A DNA stretch of 48,291 bases, filler included, from an uncultured virus (IMG/VR IMGVR_UViG_2622736406_000002) (5 parts of one record of this genome joined end to end with filler, not necessarily neighbours in it), one strand, 5' to 3'. Shown: positions 30,998 through 43,033, counted from the whole stretch's first letter. A program made the numbers and translations. Notes: generated from the sequence alone by a model not told the origin.

Positions 30998-31173
30998 AGC
31001 CCTCCGGTCGAACTAACAAATCAATATATTCATCCACTAAACAGCATATCACTTCAAGTTATCATTTTCAACCGGTTTATTGTTGTTTGTTATCGTTTGT
31101 TTTAATTTGCTATTCTCTTCTTGGTAAAAACAGCTAGACTCATAAACCCAAATCTATGAGTCCATCATATATT

Positions 31174-31354
31174 TTAATTTTTCACATTCATCACCCACTT
31201 ATCATGCCCCTGGATGCTCCGTACCGCCTGCCGCAGTGTATCCGCCCTGCCATGCTGGTGATACGGATGTGATGCTTTATGCTTATGAAAAATAACACAG
31301 CTGCCTTTCCCCGGATACTCCGGGTTGTGGATGTACCAGTAATGCCCCGTATTC
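31174..31354 (-). CDS. C-terminus of a His-rich small hypothetical protein
   Basis: NTGHYWYIHNPEYPGKGSCVIFHKHKASHPYHQHG...HDKW. Confidence 0.55.
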
Positions 31355-31860
31355 NNNNNNNNNNNNNNNNNNNNNNNNNNNNNNNNNNNNNNNNNNNNNN
31401 NNNNNNNNNNNNNNNNNNNNNNNNNNNNNNNNNNNNNNNNNNNNNNNNNNNNNNNNNNNNNNNNNNNNNNNNNNNNNNNNNNNNNNNNNNNNNNNNNNNN
31501 NNNNNNNNNNNNNNNNNNNNNNNNNNNNNNNNNNNNNNNNNNNNNNNNNNNNNNNNNNNNNNNNNNNNNNNNNNNNNNNNNNNNNNNNNNNNNNNNNNNN
31601 NNNNNNNNNNNNNNNNNNNNNNNNNNNNNNNNNNNNNNNNNNNNNNNNNNNNNNNNNNNNNNNNNNNNNNNNNNNNNNNNNNNNNNNNNNNNNNNNNNNN
31701 NNNNNNNNNNNNNNNNNNNNNNNNNNNNNNNNNNNNNNNNNNNNNNNNNNNNNNNNNNNNNNNNNNNNNNNNNNNNNNNNNNNNNNNNNNNNNNNNNNNN
31801 NNNNNNNNNNNNNNNNNNNNNNNNNNNNNNNNNNNNNNNNNNNNNNNNNNNNNNNNNNNN

Positions 31861-32742
31861 AATACTTCTGGTACACTGCTGCCGGCAACTTAATATTGAC
31901 CATCTCTTTTTTCTTATTCCTGGCCGCCGAATCCGCAATTTCCGGATACTCTTCTGCGTAATATTTCCAGACTCCGCCCTGATCGCCGCCGCATTTTTCG
32001 GATTCAGCTTCACCTTATCCTCTGACACTGCGGCCGCCACAGCCTTCTGCTCTTTTTCCGATAAATAAGACAGATCCACAGCCGCCACCAGGGACAACGC
32101 GCCATTATCCAGTTCCTCTTTAAATTCAGGGATCAGCTTATCGACCCTCATATACCTTGCGATATTCCTTCCCGTCATGCCGTACTCGTTTCCCAGTTCA
32201 TCCCGGCTCCTGGACTTGTGGACATCATGTCCACAAGTTCCTTCCTGTCCATTCAGAGCCGCAATCTCCTGAAGGATATCATTGCGCTTGCCCTGGCTGC
32301 TGATCTTTTCATACCGCACCGCCAGAACAGCCGCTTTTTCTGACGGAAGCAGTTCCGAAAAAGACCGCTGGATCATATTTGTTTCAATCACATAGACAAT
32401 CGCGTCTTCATCTGAAAGGTTTTCTTTCACAATGGCAGGGATTTTGTCAATCCCCGCCAGCATCGCCGCCCTCTGCCGGTTATGGCCGGAGAGCATCTCA
32501 TACCCGTCTTCCTGTTTCCGGACGATCACCGGATTCAAAACTCCATGCTCCCGGATGCTCTGAACCATGTCTTCCAGCCGCTCCCCTTCATACATCCGAA
32601 AGGGATGGCCGCGAAATGGTCGGATACTCTCTGCCGACAGCATCCGAACCGCATTCTCCGGAACCGCCGCGGCTTCTTCCATCTGATCCAGCAAATCAAT
32701 CGCGTCATTAAAAATCTTTCTCTTTGCCCCGTTAGCCTTCAA
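31861..32742 (-). CDS. parB: ParB/RepB/Spo0J family protein (end in gap)
   Basis: HPFRMY, SIREHGVLNPVIVR, YEMLSGHNR, VIETNMIQR. Confidence 0.88.
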
Positions 32743-33521
32743 TAGAAATCAACTCCTCCGCAAATTTTCTGTAAGCAATACCTGCGCTTGCCTTCGGGCT
32801 GTACCGTTCCACCGGCATGCTGTAATAAATGCTTTCCCCCACCTTCACGGTATGGGGGATCCTCGTATCAAAAATACGGATCTGCCCCTGGAAACTCTCT
32901 GTCACCTGCTCCGTCAATGTCCTGCACAAGTTCGTCCTCGCCTCGCACATGGTCATCAGGATACCCGCAATCTTGAGTTTGGGATTGATCCGGCGCCGGA
33001 TCTTCGTCACCGTCCGCAGATAGTCCTTCAGTCCCATCATCGCCAGAAGCTGCGGATCCACCGCAATAATGACCTCATCAGCCGCCGCAAGGGCATTGAT
33101 GGTCAGCATTCCCAGCGAAGGGCAGGTATCAATCAGAATATAATCATATTTCTCCCTGAGCGGATCCAGGATCTCCGACAGGATCTTTTCCGCTCCCATT
33201 TCCAGCCGCAGCTTTGCGTCCGCCACAGACAGATAAATAGAAGAAGGAATAAAATCTACGCCGTCCTCTGTCCGGATGCACTTCTTCATGTCCGGAAGTT
33301 TTTCTATCCTCTATCGCTGCCATCATCAGATGGCCGATGGTATTTTCCAGTTCCCCTGTATTTTCAATCCCATAACAGGCCGTAAGGTTCGCCTGGCTGT
33401 CAAAATCTACAGCCAGCACTTTCTTTCCCTGTTTCCGCAGTGCGTATGCAAGGTTCAGGGTGGAGGTGGTTTTCCCCACCCCGCCTTTCTGTGATCCGAT
33501 AACATAAATCTTTCCCATCAT
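32732..33521 (-). CDS. parA: ParA family ATPase (frameshifted)
   Basis: QKGGVGKTT, VDFDSQANLT, YDYILIDTCPSLG. Confidence 0.9.
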
Positions 33522-34578
33522 CAATACCGTCCTTTCTTTTCCGCGACCTTATCCGCCGTTTCCCTGCCGCTTTCCTCAAAAGNNNNNNNNNNNNNNNNNN
33601 NNNNNNNNNNNNNNNNNNNNNNNNNNNNNNNNNNNNNNNNNNNNNNNNNNNNNNNNNNNNNNNNNNNNNNNNNNNNNNNNNNNNNNNNNNNNNNNNNNNN
33701 NNNNNNNNNNNNNNNNNNNNNNNNNNNNNNNNNNNNNNNNNNNNNNNNNNNNNNNNNNNNNNNNNNNNNNNNNNNNNNNNNNNNNNNNNNNNNNNNNNNN
33801 NNNNNNNNNNNNNNNNNNNNNNNNNNNNNNNNNNNNNNNNNNNNNNNNNNNNNNNNNNNNNNNNNNNNNNNNNNNNNNNNNNNNNNNNNNNNNNNNNNNN
33901 NNNNNNNNNNNNNNNNNNNNNNNNNNNNNNNNNNNNNNNNNNNNNNNNNNNNNNNNNNNNNNNNNNNNNNNNNNNNNNNNNNNNNNNNNNNNNNNNNNNN
34001 NNNNNNNNNNNNNNNNNNNNNNNNNNNNNNNNNNNNNNNNNNNNNNNNNNNNNNNNNNNNNNNNNNNNNNNNNNNNNNNNNNNNNNNNNNNNNNNNNNNN
34101 NNNNNNNNNNNNNNNNNNNNNNNNNNNNNNNNNNNNNNNNNNNNNNNNNNNNNNNNNNNNNNNNNNNNNNNNNNNNNNNNNNNNNNNNNNNNNNNNNNNN
34201 NNNNNNNNNNNNNNNNNNNNNNNNNNNNNNNNNNNNNNNNNNNNNNNNNNNNNNNNNNNNNNNNNNNNNNNNNNNNNNNNNNNNNNNNNNNNNNNNNNNN
34301 NNNNNNNNNNNNNNNNNNNNNNNNNNNNNNNNNNNNNNNNNNNNNNNNNNNNNNNNNNNNNNNNNNNNNNNNNNNNNNNNNNNNNNNNNNNNNNNNNNNN
34401 NNNNNNNNNNNNNNNNNNNNNNNNNNNNNNNNNNNNNNNNNNNNNNNNNNNNNNNNNNNNNNNNNNNNNNNNNNNNNNNNNNNNNNNNNNNNNNNNNNNN
34501 NNNNNNNNNNNNNNNNNNNNNNNNNNNNNNNNNNNNNNNNNNNNNNNNNNNNNNNNNNNNNNNNNNNNNNNNNNNNNN

Positions 34579-36169
34579 CGGGATAGAAGCCTTTGACAAT
34601 TCCGTTTTCATACCTTTGTAGGCAGAGTCCCCATCCCTTGGATGGATTGCGAATCCAGCAGACAAAATCAGGACGCTGTAACTCTTCGTCAATTACTGCC
34701 TTCTCCCACGAATCCAACTTTATCTTGGCGTAGCCCACCTCCTCATTTACAAAGAAGTGATTATAGTATTTCTCGCCATCCCGGTCGACAATCGGCCGAA
34801 TCTGCTCTGGCAGATGGAAACTATGTGCGCTGACCTCATTTCCATTCGAAATGATGGCATCGTACTGCTTGCGATACTTATCAACTTGCATATGAGCAAA
34901 TTGAAGACGATAATCATCGCTAAGCTCATTAAACTTGTTCTTAGCATAAAGATGCAGTTTATCCACACAGTCTTTGTCCGCCGCAAACAAAATGACATGA
35001 ACCATATACTCGGATGGATTGTCTGGATTAAAGTGCAGAACGCCATATGCCGCACCAAGTCCAAATCCTCCGAGTATTTTCTCGGCAATTCGGAACTTAC
35101 GGTCAATGTCCTCGTCAGAAGATGTGTAGTAGATATATTCCTTATCTTCGTTGACCGCCTTGCCGAACGCATCAAAAACCCTCCACGACAAATTCAGTTT
35201 CTTTACTTCTGAGGCAAGCGCACCATACTCGCCGTTTGCCTTCAGCTTGCCGATGTATTCCTCAATCATCTTGACACCATCCTGCTGGATGCTGTGCAGC
35301 GCATAGGCATCAAGGCCTGTGTTTTTGATAAGCGAAGCAAGTTGGATGAGTGACGGCAGATAGTCTGTCGTCTTGAACGGCTTAATCTCGTAGGTTATGA
35401 GTGCCGTCTTGTTGATGAACGCCGCAATCGCCTCTCTGTCAATTGTGTTCGTCAAAGTGAGCTGTTCCTGCTCCAACTCCGACATGTCTGGAACGTCTGC
35501 GATATCATCCTGGGATGCTTGTGTTGTCTCGGCATCGGTATGTTGCTGTGTAGGCATTGTTCTTACGGCCGGGTTATCAATATTTGTATCCGTCTTATCA
35601 GTATGAGGCCAAGAAGTCGGTTCATCGTTAGCGGCTCCGTCTGGTGCTGTACCATCAGTTTCAGATTGTTGAGTTTCAAACAGTGGATCGACAGGAATGC
35701 ACTGTGATTGTGCGTAGCCTGCAAGCGTCATCTGATTCGGATCGACTGTCCGACGGCGTGTCCCCGGACGATACACCCAGGTCTCCCGCAAGTCGTTTCC
35801 ATAGCTCTCGCCTTCAACATCGGCAGGAATGTCGCTGCCTTCCTCGTCCTGCAAAGCCTTCATGACCGACTCGACATTATCCTTGTTGAAATGCGGCAGG
35901 AACAGGCGAACCTCATTCAACGTTTCGTCTACGTCAATATGACGCTGCAACGGAGTGCGGATCATGCGTCCGAGAAGCTGTGCAATATAAGTGGCATCCT
36001 GCGCATGACGGAAAGACATCATGGTTTCCGCTCTTGGACAATCCCAGCCTGTCGAGAGATTCTCCTTGAAGAACACCACACGAATTTTCTTGTTGTCGGC
36101 TATGTCCGAGGCATCCACATGGTGGATTTTCAGACCGCCTGCTTCAATGGTGGCAGTCTGTCCGAATGT
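34579..36169 (-). CDS. Type III restriction (Res-like) SF2 helicase/endonuclease, internal-to-C-terminal part
   Basis: RVVFFKENLSTGWDCPRAE, QLLGRMIRTP, CWIRNP, GFYP. Confidence 0.75.
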
Positions 36170-36603
36170 NNNNNNNNNNNNNNNNNNNNNNNNNNNNNNN
36201 NNNNNNNNNNNNNNNNNNNNNNNNNNNNNNNNNNNNNNNNNNNNNNNNNNNNNNNNNNNNNNNNNNNNNNNNNNNNNNNNNNNNNNNNNNNNNNNNNNNN
36301 NNNNNNNNNNNNNNNNNNNNNNNNNNNNNNNNNNNNNNNNNNNNNNNNNNNNNNNNNNNNNNNNNNNNNNNNNNNNNNNNNNNNNNNNNNNNNNNNNNNN
36401 NNNNNNNNNNNNNNNNNNNNNNNNNNNNNNNNNNNNNNNNNNNNNNNNNNNNNNNNNNNNNNNNNNNNNNNNNNNNNNNNNNNNNNNNNNNNNNNNNNNN
36501 NNNNNNNNNNNNNNNNNNNNNNNNNNNNNNNNNNNNNNNNNNNNNNNNNNNNNNNNNNNNNNNNNNNNNNNNNNNNNNNNNNNNNNNNNNNNNNNNNNNN
36601 NNN

Positions 36604-37590
36604 GAAGTTCCAATGGATCTCCAACACGAACAATTCTCTGCGTGTTGCTATCAACATATATCGGGTAGAATAAATTGGGACGGTCAGAACGTAAAGCAGC
36701 GGTTCCTCGTCTAAGCAAACTATTCCATATAGTGATATTTTGTCCGGAAGATTCACCTGCTTCTATGGGGAGCATCATATTATCTTTTGTTGGCGTAATA
36801 ACACAATTACCAAAGAAAAGAAGAAAAAAATATTCCCCAGCGCGTGAAAACTGGCCTGGCCTTGTAGAGCCTTTCTTGTTCGTCATCGCTGAAATCATCT
36901 GCATTCGTGCCTCTGGAAACAGTTCTTCCAGCAAGCATCCGAGATGTAGATATTCCTTCTCATCTATCGTCACGATAAGAACAGAGTCCCTCGGATTCAA
37001 CAACTTCTTTGCCAGTTTCAGACGCTTTTCCATGAACGACAGCCACTTGCTGTGGCGATAGGCATCCGAGCCGTCCACATAGTCGTTATTATATTTCCAG
37101 TCCTTTGCACCCGTGTTGTAGGGCGGATCGATGTAGATACAGTCTACCTTCCCTGCATACAGATACTCCAAAAGCTGCAAGGCATGGTAATTGTCCGCTT
37201 CAATCAGCGTATGCCACAGATCGGAATCAGGAGCATTGAGACAGTGTCAATCGGCTTCAGATACGGATAAATAGGTTCGCCGAATTCTGCAACGGCAACA
37301 AGCTCATCCAGGGCAAATTCTGCCTCCGCATGATCCGTCTTGTGTTCGCACATCGCCTTGTCCCCGTTGATGGAGCGCACGATATAAATATCCGACACCT
37401 GCTCGGTCTTCAGCGCCACTTTGGAGTCTCTTCTTATCTCCACATCATAGAGCGGCGTACATTCCGGTAAATGTTCCTCAAAGACCAGACCGAACTTCTT
37501 CTGCTTTGAGAGCTTGTTCACTTCCGTCATGATCCGCTGGCGTAGCGTCTGGTCATCTATCTGCTTTATCAAATCCTGTAGTAAAGCCAC
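36604..37590 (-). CDS. Type III Mod-like N6-adenine DNA methyltransferase, N-terminal part (frameshift near 37235)
   Basis: KKFGLVFEEHLPE, LIEADNYHAL, GKVDCIYIDPPYNTG, HSKWLSFMEKRL. Confidence 0.85.
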
Positions 37591-37601
37591 AGTTATTCAC
37601 C

Positions 37602-38378
37602 TCATTCTTTCGTTTGCGTTTTCTCTTTTATATGATAGCTGATACCTTGCTCTTCACAAAAGGCAATAACTTCTTTCGCACATTCGTTATAAAAGTGCTT
37701 ATTTTGCTTATAGGCAGAAACAGTCTTATTGTAGTTTGTCCTCCCGAAAATAACTCTGTCCACAAAACGAACAGCCTCAAGAATCTCACAAATGTTCTGA
37801 TCTATCAGATTCGGGGTAGGATACGGTTCAATACTCACCCATGTCTTACACCCTGCATCATGAAGTGCTTTTAACGCGGCAAGCCTGTCTACATACGATG
37901 CTGCACCAGGCTCTATTCTTTCACGATAATTCTCAGCAAGAGAAATAAGCGTGATACCTTATTCATTTTCGCTGTATAAGTCCTTCAATTCCATTGGCAG
38001 TAATCCTTTTGTCAGAACGCAGCATTTTATATGCTCTTCATTCAATTTTCGTATAGCAGCAAGGCTCATCTCCTGAATTTCTGGATAACCGTACATAAAC
38101 GGATCAGTCGTAAAGCAAAGCTGTACAGATTGTATTTTTTCTTTCAATCTGGGTATCTCTCTATCAAGCAATTCAAGCGTATTAGATACAAGAAATGGAC
38201 GGCACCACTCTTCATATGTCTTGACCTGACCAAATCGCTTTTTGAGCAAAAAGGCATAGCACGGATATTTACATCCATGCGAACAACCGAGTACATGATT
38301 CATCGTATAATCTCCGTACTCGACACCCGTTTGATAAAGCATGCTCTTTCTTTCTATGTATCCTGCCACTTTCATCAT
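37602..38378 (-). pseudogene. SPL-like radical SAM protein with an in-frame TAA at 37959-37961
   Basis: GCSHGCKYPCYA Cys motif, FTTDPF, VLTKG, IEPGA, TWVSIEPY; a single frame throughout except ENE*GITL. Confidence 0.8.
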
Positions 38379-38852
38379 TTCACCCACTTTACTGATACAG
38401 TCTTTCCATGCCCTTCTGTCATAAAAGTCGATGGTTTCCTTTTTCCGTTACACTCGGACTTCGCATAACTTCAAGTCGCTTTTCTTTCTCCAATTTCTTC
38501 AAGATCTTAGAAATATCTCCGGATTTGCATATTGCGCCATATTTCACGAAAAATACCGCCTGCGCTTCTGTTAGTGAGATCCAACTGTAACATTGAGAAA
38601 AATGCTCTACGACATATTCGGCTATCTTTGTTTCATCAATAATCTGATTATTAAAGGTCTCCTGAAACAAAGTCAATTGTCCGCTGTTCTGGATGTTCTT
38701 TAAAAGTTCCCATCGATTACAAATATTGTCCGCCATCAAAACACATCCAGCGGGATGGTTTGTTGCATGAATCATGCGATATTTTGGGTGTTGGTTCTGT
38801 TGGATACGGATCGGCATATTCAACACGTATTTATAGCTTTCGCTCAAACGCT
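38375..38852 (-). CDS. Three-Cys-motif partner (TcmP-like) protein, C-terminal part
   Basis: YVLNMPI...KYRMIHATNHPAGCVLM then a wHTH-like tail; after a 1-nt correction its TGA overlaps the radical-SAM ATG. Confidence 0.6.
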
Positions 38853-38952
38853 NNNNNNNNNNNNNNNNNNNNNNNNNNNNNNNNNNNNNNNNNNNNTTAA
38901 TTAATTAANNNNNNNNNNNNNNNNNNNNNNNNNNNNNNNNNNNNNNNNNNNN

Positions 38953-39581
38953 TCAGTAACAAGAAATTTATAGAAATTCCTTATTACCTGCTTGTCATAT
39001 TCGCCATTGGGTAAATAGTCATTTTCAAATACTCGTTTATATTTTCTCTCTGCCGCTTCATCCGAAACTCCAAAGAGTAGGGCTATTTCATCGACCGTAA
39101 TTCCTTTAAAGTATTTCAAAATAGCTGTCGGCATCAGAAATTCTGCCGCAAAGTAATGTGCCTCAACTTCCAGAACACCATACTGCTTTGATGTTATTCC
39201 TCCTCGGTTTAATGCAGTTTCGCTAAATTCAACAAGGTGACCAAGTATGATATGACCAATCTCATGCATAATCGTCCACGAGATTCGGTCAGGACTATTG
39301 ACTGTAACATCGTCATAAACGATGTAATACATTCCGGTTCCGCGCATTCTTATAGTTCTGCCTTCTGCTTTTAGCTGACGCAAATGGAACGGATCTTCTG
39401 ATTTCATAACTTTCTTTGCTTTCGACCACGGGAGGCACACCACATAATCTTTCAGTTCATCAAGTACATCGTTAGGAATGATTGGAAATCTGGTATAGCC
39501 ACATTCAAGCAAGAACTTATAGGCTGTCTGCGTCACATAATCAAACCGTGGCTTATCAGGAATCTTTTTCTCTCTTAACAT
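38953..39581 (-). CDS. ImmA/IrrE family metallopeptidase (3' end at contig break)
   Basis: RISWTIMHEIGHIILGH (HExxH), EVEAHYFAAEFLMP. Confidence 0.9.
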
Positions 39582-39951
39582 ACTCAATAAACATCTCCAC
39601 TTGCTTGTAAAGGTCGTCCAGATCCTCATCCTTCAAGTCTGCATTTCTCGAAAGACCATCTGCTATCTTCTCTACTGTTTCCTGTTGCTTTTTGCTTTTT
39701 AGACCAGGAAATGCTCGTTGCGTAGCAGACATATCATCACCAGGTGCATATCCAGCCACCTTAAGCAAATCCTCCTGTGAAACATTCAGTGCATTAGCTA
39801 AGGCACACAGAACTTTTAGTGAAGGCATTTTTCTTGCGTTCGTTTCTATGCGCTGAACTTCTGTATGGCTGATACCGGTTTTAGTAGCAAGCAAGTTTCG
39901 ACTCATGCCTAATTCTGTTCTCTTATTTTTAATGAATTCGCCAAGTGTCAT
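39556..39951 (-). CDS. XRE-family HTH repressor
   Basis: LGEFIKNKRTELGMSRNLLATKTGISHTEVQRIE..PSLKVL. Confidence 0.88.
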   Translation of the reverse strand: MTLGEFIKNKRTELGMSRNLLATKTGISHTEVQRIETNARKMPSLKVLCALANALNVSQEDLLKVAGYAPGDDMSATQRAFPGLKSKKQQETVEKIADGLSRNADLKDEDLDDLYKQVEMFIEYVKREKDS

Positions 39952-40074
39952 AATTCCACCTCCACTTATTGACTNNNNNNNNNNNNNNNNNNNNNNNNNN
40001 NNNNNNNNNNNNNNNNNNTTAATTAATTAANNNNNNNNNNNNNNNNNNNNNNNNNNNNNNNNNNNNNNNNNNNN

Positions 40075-40208
40075 AAAGCTACGAGATCCTCATGGCCGTT
40101 GCGGACGGGCTTTCCGAACGTGCCGGTGCAGAGCAATTACATATGCCCCGGAACACCTTTGTGTATAAGAAAAGTCAGCTTCTGAAACGGCTCAGAGAAA
40201 AATTCTAA
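40075..40208 (+). CDS. C-terminus of a sigma-70 region-4-like protein
   Basis: SYEILMAVADGLSERAGAEQLHMPRNTFVYKKSQLLKRLREKF*. Confidence 0.6.
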
Positions 40209-40295
40209 AAATCTTTCGGCCAATTCCTCCTTTCCCGTCCAGATGGGTCATTGAAAGGCAACACAAGACGCCTTGAGAAAGGAGGGACCGCCGAT

Positions 40296-40520
40296 ATGAG
40301 TTACAACGCAAACCATTATGACGTCCGTGCCGATGAGGACATTGTTGATGTCCTGACCGCGATCAGCGTGGTGTCGAGGAGACTGGCAAGCAACCTGACC
40401 ATCGCACGCCAGCAGAGCAAATCCAGGGAAGGAGGAAAATCACATGAGCAGAATGAGCGATATGGCGCAGACCATCGAAGAACTTCGCAGTGCTGCCGCT
40501 GCTATTTCGGATGCCGCTGA
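40296..40520 (+). CDS. Small hypothetical protein
   Basis: RBS GAAAGGAGG; DVLTAISVVSRRLA. Confidence 0.6.
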   Translation: MSYNANHYDVRADEDIVDVLTAISVVSRRLASNLTIARQQSKSREGGKSHEQNERYGADHRRTSQCCRCYFGCR

Positions 40521-40761
40521 CTGGCTGACGAAGGTATTCAGCAGTGAACCGCAGGCAGAGGATGCTCCTGCTTCTCCTCCCGAACCGGAGCTGACGCTGG
40601 AGCAGGTCAGAGCCGTGCTTGCGGACAAATCCCGCCAGGGACACACCGCCGAGATCCGCGCCCTGCTTCAAAAATACGGCGCATCCAAACTGTCGCAGAT
40701 CGACCCCGCACATTACAAGGCATTGCTCGCCGAAGCGGAGGTGCTGACTAATGGCAGTTAA
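40444..40761 (+). CDS. Conserved phage protein
   Basis: LTLEQVRAVLADKSRQGHTAEIRALLQKYGASKLSQIDP. Confidence 0.75.
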   Translation: MSRMSDMAQTIEELRSAAAAISDAADWLTKVFSSEPQAEDAPASPPEPELTLEQVRAVLADKSRQGHTAEIRALLQKYGASKLSQIDPAHYKALLAEAEVLTNGS

Positions 40762-41878
40762 GCACGCAGTCTTATCCGCTTCTTCTTCCGAACGCTGGCT
40801 CAACTGTCCGCCCTCAGCAAGGCTGTGTGAAGCCTACGAGGACAAGGGCAGCGATTACGCCGCCGAAGGGACGGACGCCCATTCGCTCTGTGAGTTCCGG
40901 CTGAAGCAGGCTCTGGGGATTCCGGCGGATGATCCCATCGAAAACCTCTCCTGGTACAACGAGGAGATGGAGGACTGCGCCGCCGGGTATGCCGCCTATG
41001 TATCGGAGCTTCTGGAGACCGCAAAGCAGACCTGTGCCGACCCGGTCATCCTGATCGAGCAGCGAGTGGATTTCTCCCGCTGGGTGCAGGACGGTTTCGG
41101 CACCGCCGACTGCATCGTCATCGCTGACGGTGAGCTGAACATCGTGGACTATAAGCACGGCAAAGGCGTGGAAGTCAGCGCCGTGGATAATCCGCAGATG
41201 ATGCTGTATGCCCTGGGCGCTCTGGAGATCTTTGACGGCATCTACGACATCGACTCCGTCCGCATGACCATCTACCAGCCCAGGAAATCCAATATCAGCG
41301 TCTGCGTCATGGAAAAGGACGGTCTGCTCGAATGGGCGCAGAACGACCTGACCTATAAGGCGAAGCTGGCATACGAGGGCGGCGGCGATTTTCACTGCGG
41401 CGAATGGTGCCGATTCTGCAAGGCAAAGGCCGAATGCCGGGAACGAGCCGAAGCGAATCTCGCGCTTGCCCGGTACGACTTTGAGGAGCCGCCCCTCCTG
41501 ACCGATGAGGAAATCGCCGGCATCCTGGACAAGGTGGACGCTCTTACCGCCTGGGCTGCGGATGTGAAGGAATACGCTCTTCAGCAGGCAGTCAGCGGCA
41601 CGGCGTTCCCCGGCTGGAAGCTGGTCGAGGGCCGCTCCAACCGCAAATACACCAGTGAAGCCGCTGTGGCCGCAGCCGTTGAGGGCGCCGGCTTCAACCC
41701 CTACGAAAAGAAACTCCTCGGCATCACCGCCATGCAGAAGCTGCTCGGCAAATCCCGCTTTGAGGAGCTTCTCGCACCCTACATTGAAAAGCCGCAAGGC
41801 AGGCCGACGCTCGTGCGGTCGAGTGATAAACGGCCCGAATGGAATACCGCAAAAAATGAGTTTATGGAGGAAATGTAA
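40751..41878 (+). CDS. DUF2800 PD-(D/E)XK (Cas4-like) nuclease
   Basis: HAVLSASSSERWLNCPPS, GFGTADC, DYKHGKG, WCRFCKAK. Confidence 0.88.
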   Translation: MAVKHAVLSASSSERWLNCPPSARLCEAYEDKGSDYAAEGTDAHSLCEFRLKQALGIPADDPIENLSWYNEEMEDCAAGYAAYVSELLETAKQTCADPVILIEQRVDFSRWVQDGFGTADCIVIADGELNIVDYKHGKGVEVSAVDNPQMMLYALGALEIFDGIYDIDSVRMTIYQPRKSNISVCVMEKDGLLEWAQNDLTYKAKLAYEGGGDFHCGEWCRFCKAKAECRERAEANLALARYDFEEPPLLTDEEIAGILDKVDALTAWAADVKEYALQQAVSGTAFPGWKLVEGRSNRKYTSEAAVAAAVEGAGFNPYEKKLLGITAMQKLLGKSRFEELLAPYIEKPQGRPTLVRSSDKRPEWNTAKNEFMEEM

Positions 41879-41879
41879 T

Positions 41880-42316
41880 ATGTCTAACAACACAAACAGA
41901 GTCAACAACCCTATGAAGGTCATCACCGGTCCCGACACCCGCTGGTCCTACGCCAACGTCTGGGAGCCCAAATCCATCAACGGCGGCACGCCGAAGTACT
42001 CGGTATCGCTGATCATCCCGAAGTCCGACACTAAGACAGTGGCGAAGATCAAGGCCGCCATCGAAGCCGCCTACCAGGAGGGACAGGCCAAGCTGAAGGG
42101 CAACGGCTGCAGCGTGCCTCCTCTCTCCGCGATCAAGACTCCGTTGAGAGACGGCGATGTTGAAAGGCCCGACGATCCCGCCTATGCGAACGCCTACTTC
42201 ATTAACGCCAACTCCGCCACCGCTCCCGGTATCGTGGACGCAGACCGCAATCCTGTTCTGACCCGCTCCGAGGTGTATTCCGGCGTGTACGGCAGGGCTT
42301 CCATCAACCTGTACGC
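41880..42316 (+). CDS. DUF2815 ssDNA-binding protein (end in gap)
   Basis: RWSYANVWEPK, KYSVSLII, PLRDGD, EVYSGVYGRAS. Confidence 0.88.
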
Positions 42317-43033
42317 NNNNNNNNNNNNNNNNNNNNNNNNNNNNNNNNNNNNNNNNNNNNNNNNNNNNNNNNNNNNNNNNNNNNNNNNNNNNNNNNNNNN
42401 NNNNNNNNNNNNNNNNNNNNNNNNNNNNNNNNNNNNNNNNNNNNNNNNNNNNNNNNNNNNNNNNNNNNNNNNNNNNNNNNNNNNNNNNNNNNNNNNNNNN
42501 NNNNNNNNNNNNNNNNNNNNNNNNNNNNNNNNNNNNNNNNNNNNNNNNNNNNNNNNNNNNNNNNNNNNNNNNNNNNNNNNNNNNNNNNNNNNNNNNNNNN
42601 NNNNNNNNNNNNNNNNNNNNNNNNNNNNNNNNNNNNNNNNNNNNNNNNNNNNNNNNNNNNNNNNNNNNNNNNNNNNNNNNNNNNNNNNNNNNNNNNNNNN
42701 NNNNNNNNNNNNNNNNNNNNNNNNNNNNNNNNNNNNNNNNNNNNNNNNNNNNNNNNNNNNNNNNNNNNNNNNNNNNNNNNNNNNNNNNNNNNNNNNNNNN
42801 NNNNNNNNNNNNNNNNNNNNNNNNNNNNNNNNNNNNNNNNNNNNNNNNNNNNNNNNNNNNNNNNNNNNNNNNNNNNNNNNNNNNNNNNNNNNNNNNNNNN
42901 NNNNNNNNNNNNNNNNNNNNNNNNNNNNNNNNNNNNNNNNNNNNNNNNNNNNNNNNNNNNNNNNNNNNNNNNNNNNNNNNNNNNNNNNNNNNNNNNNNNN
43001 NNNNNNNNNNNNNNNNNNNNNNNNNNNNCGGCC

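Noticed and set aside
33521..37180. 1219-aa 'Mod-Res fusion' in the ORF track
   Set aside because: Read-through across N gaps. Gap sizes are unreliable (too long in baseplate J, too short here), so a fusion cannot be inferred.
40751..41878. Cas4-like nuclease as a sign of CRISPR-Cas
   Set aside because: No repeat-spacer array or other cas genes; it sits in a standard phage replication module.
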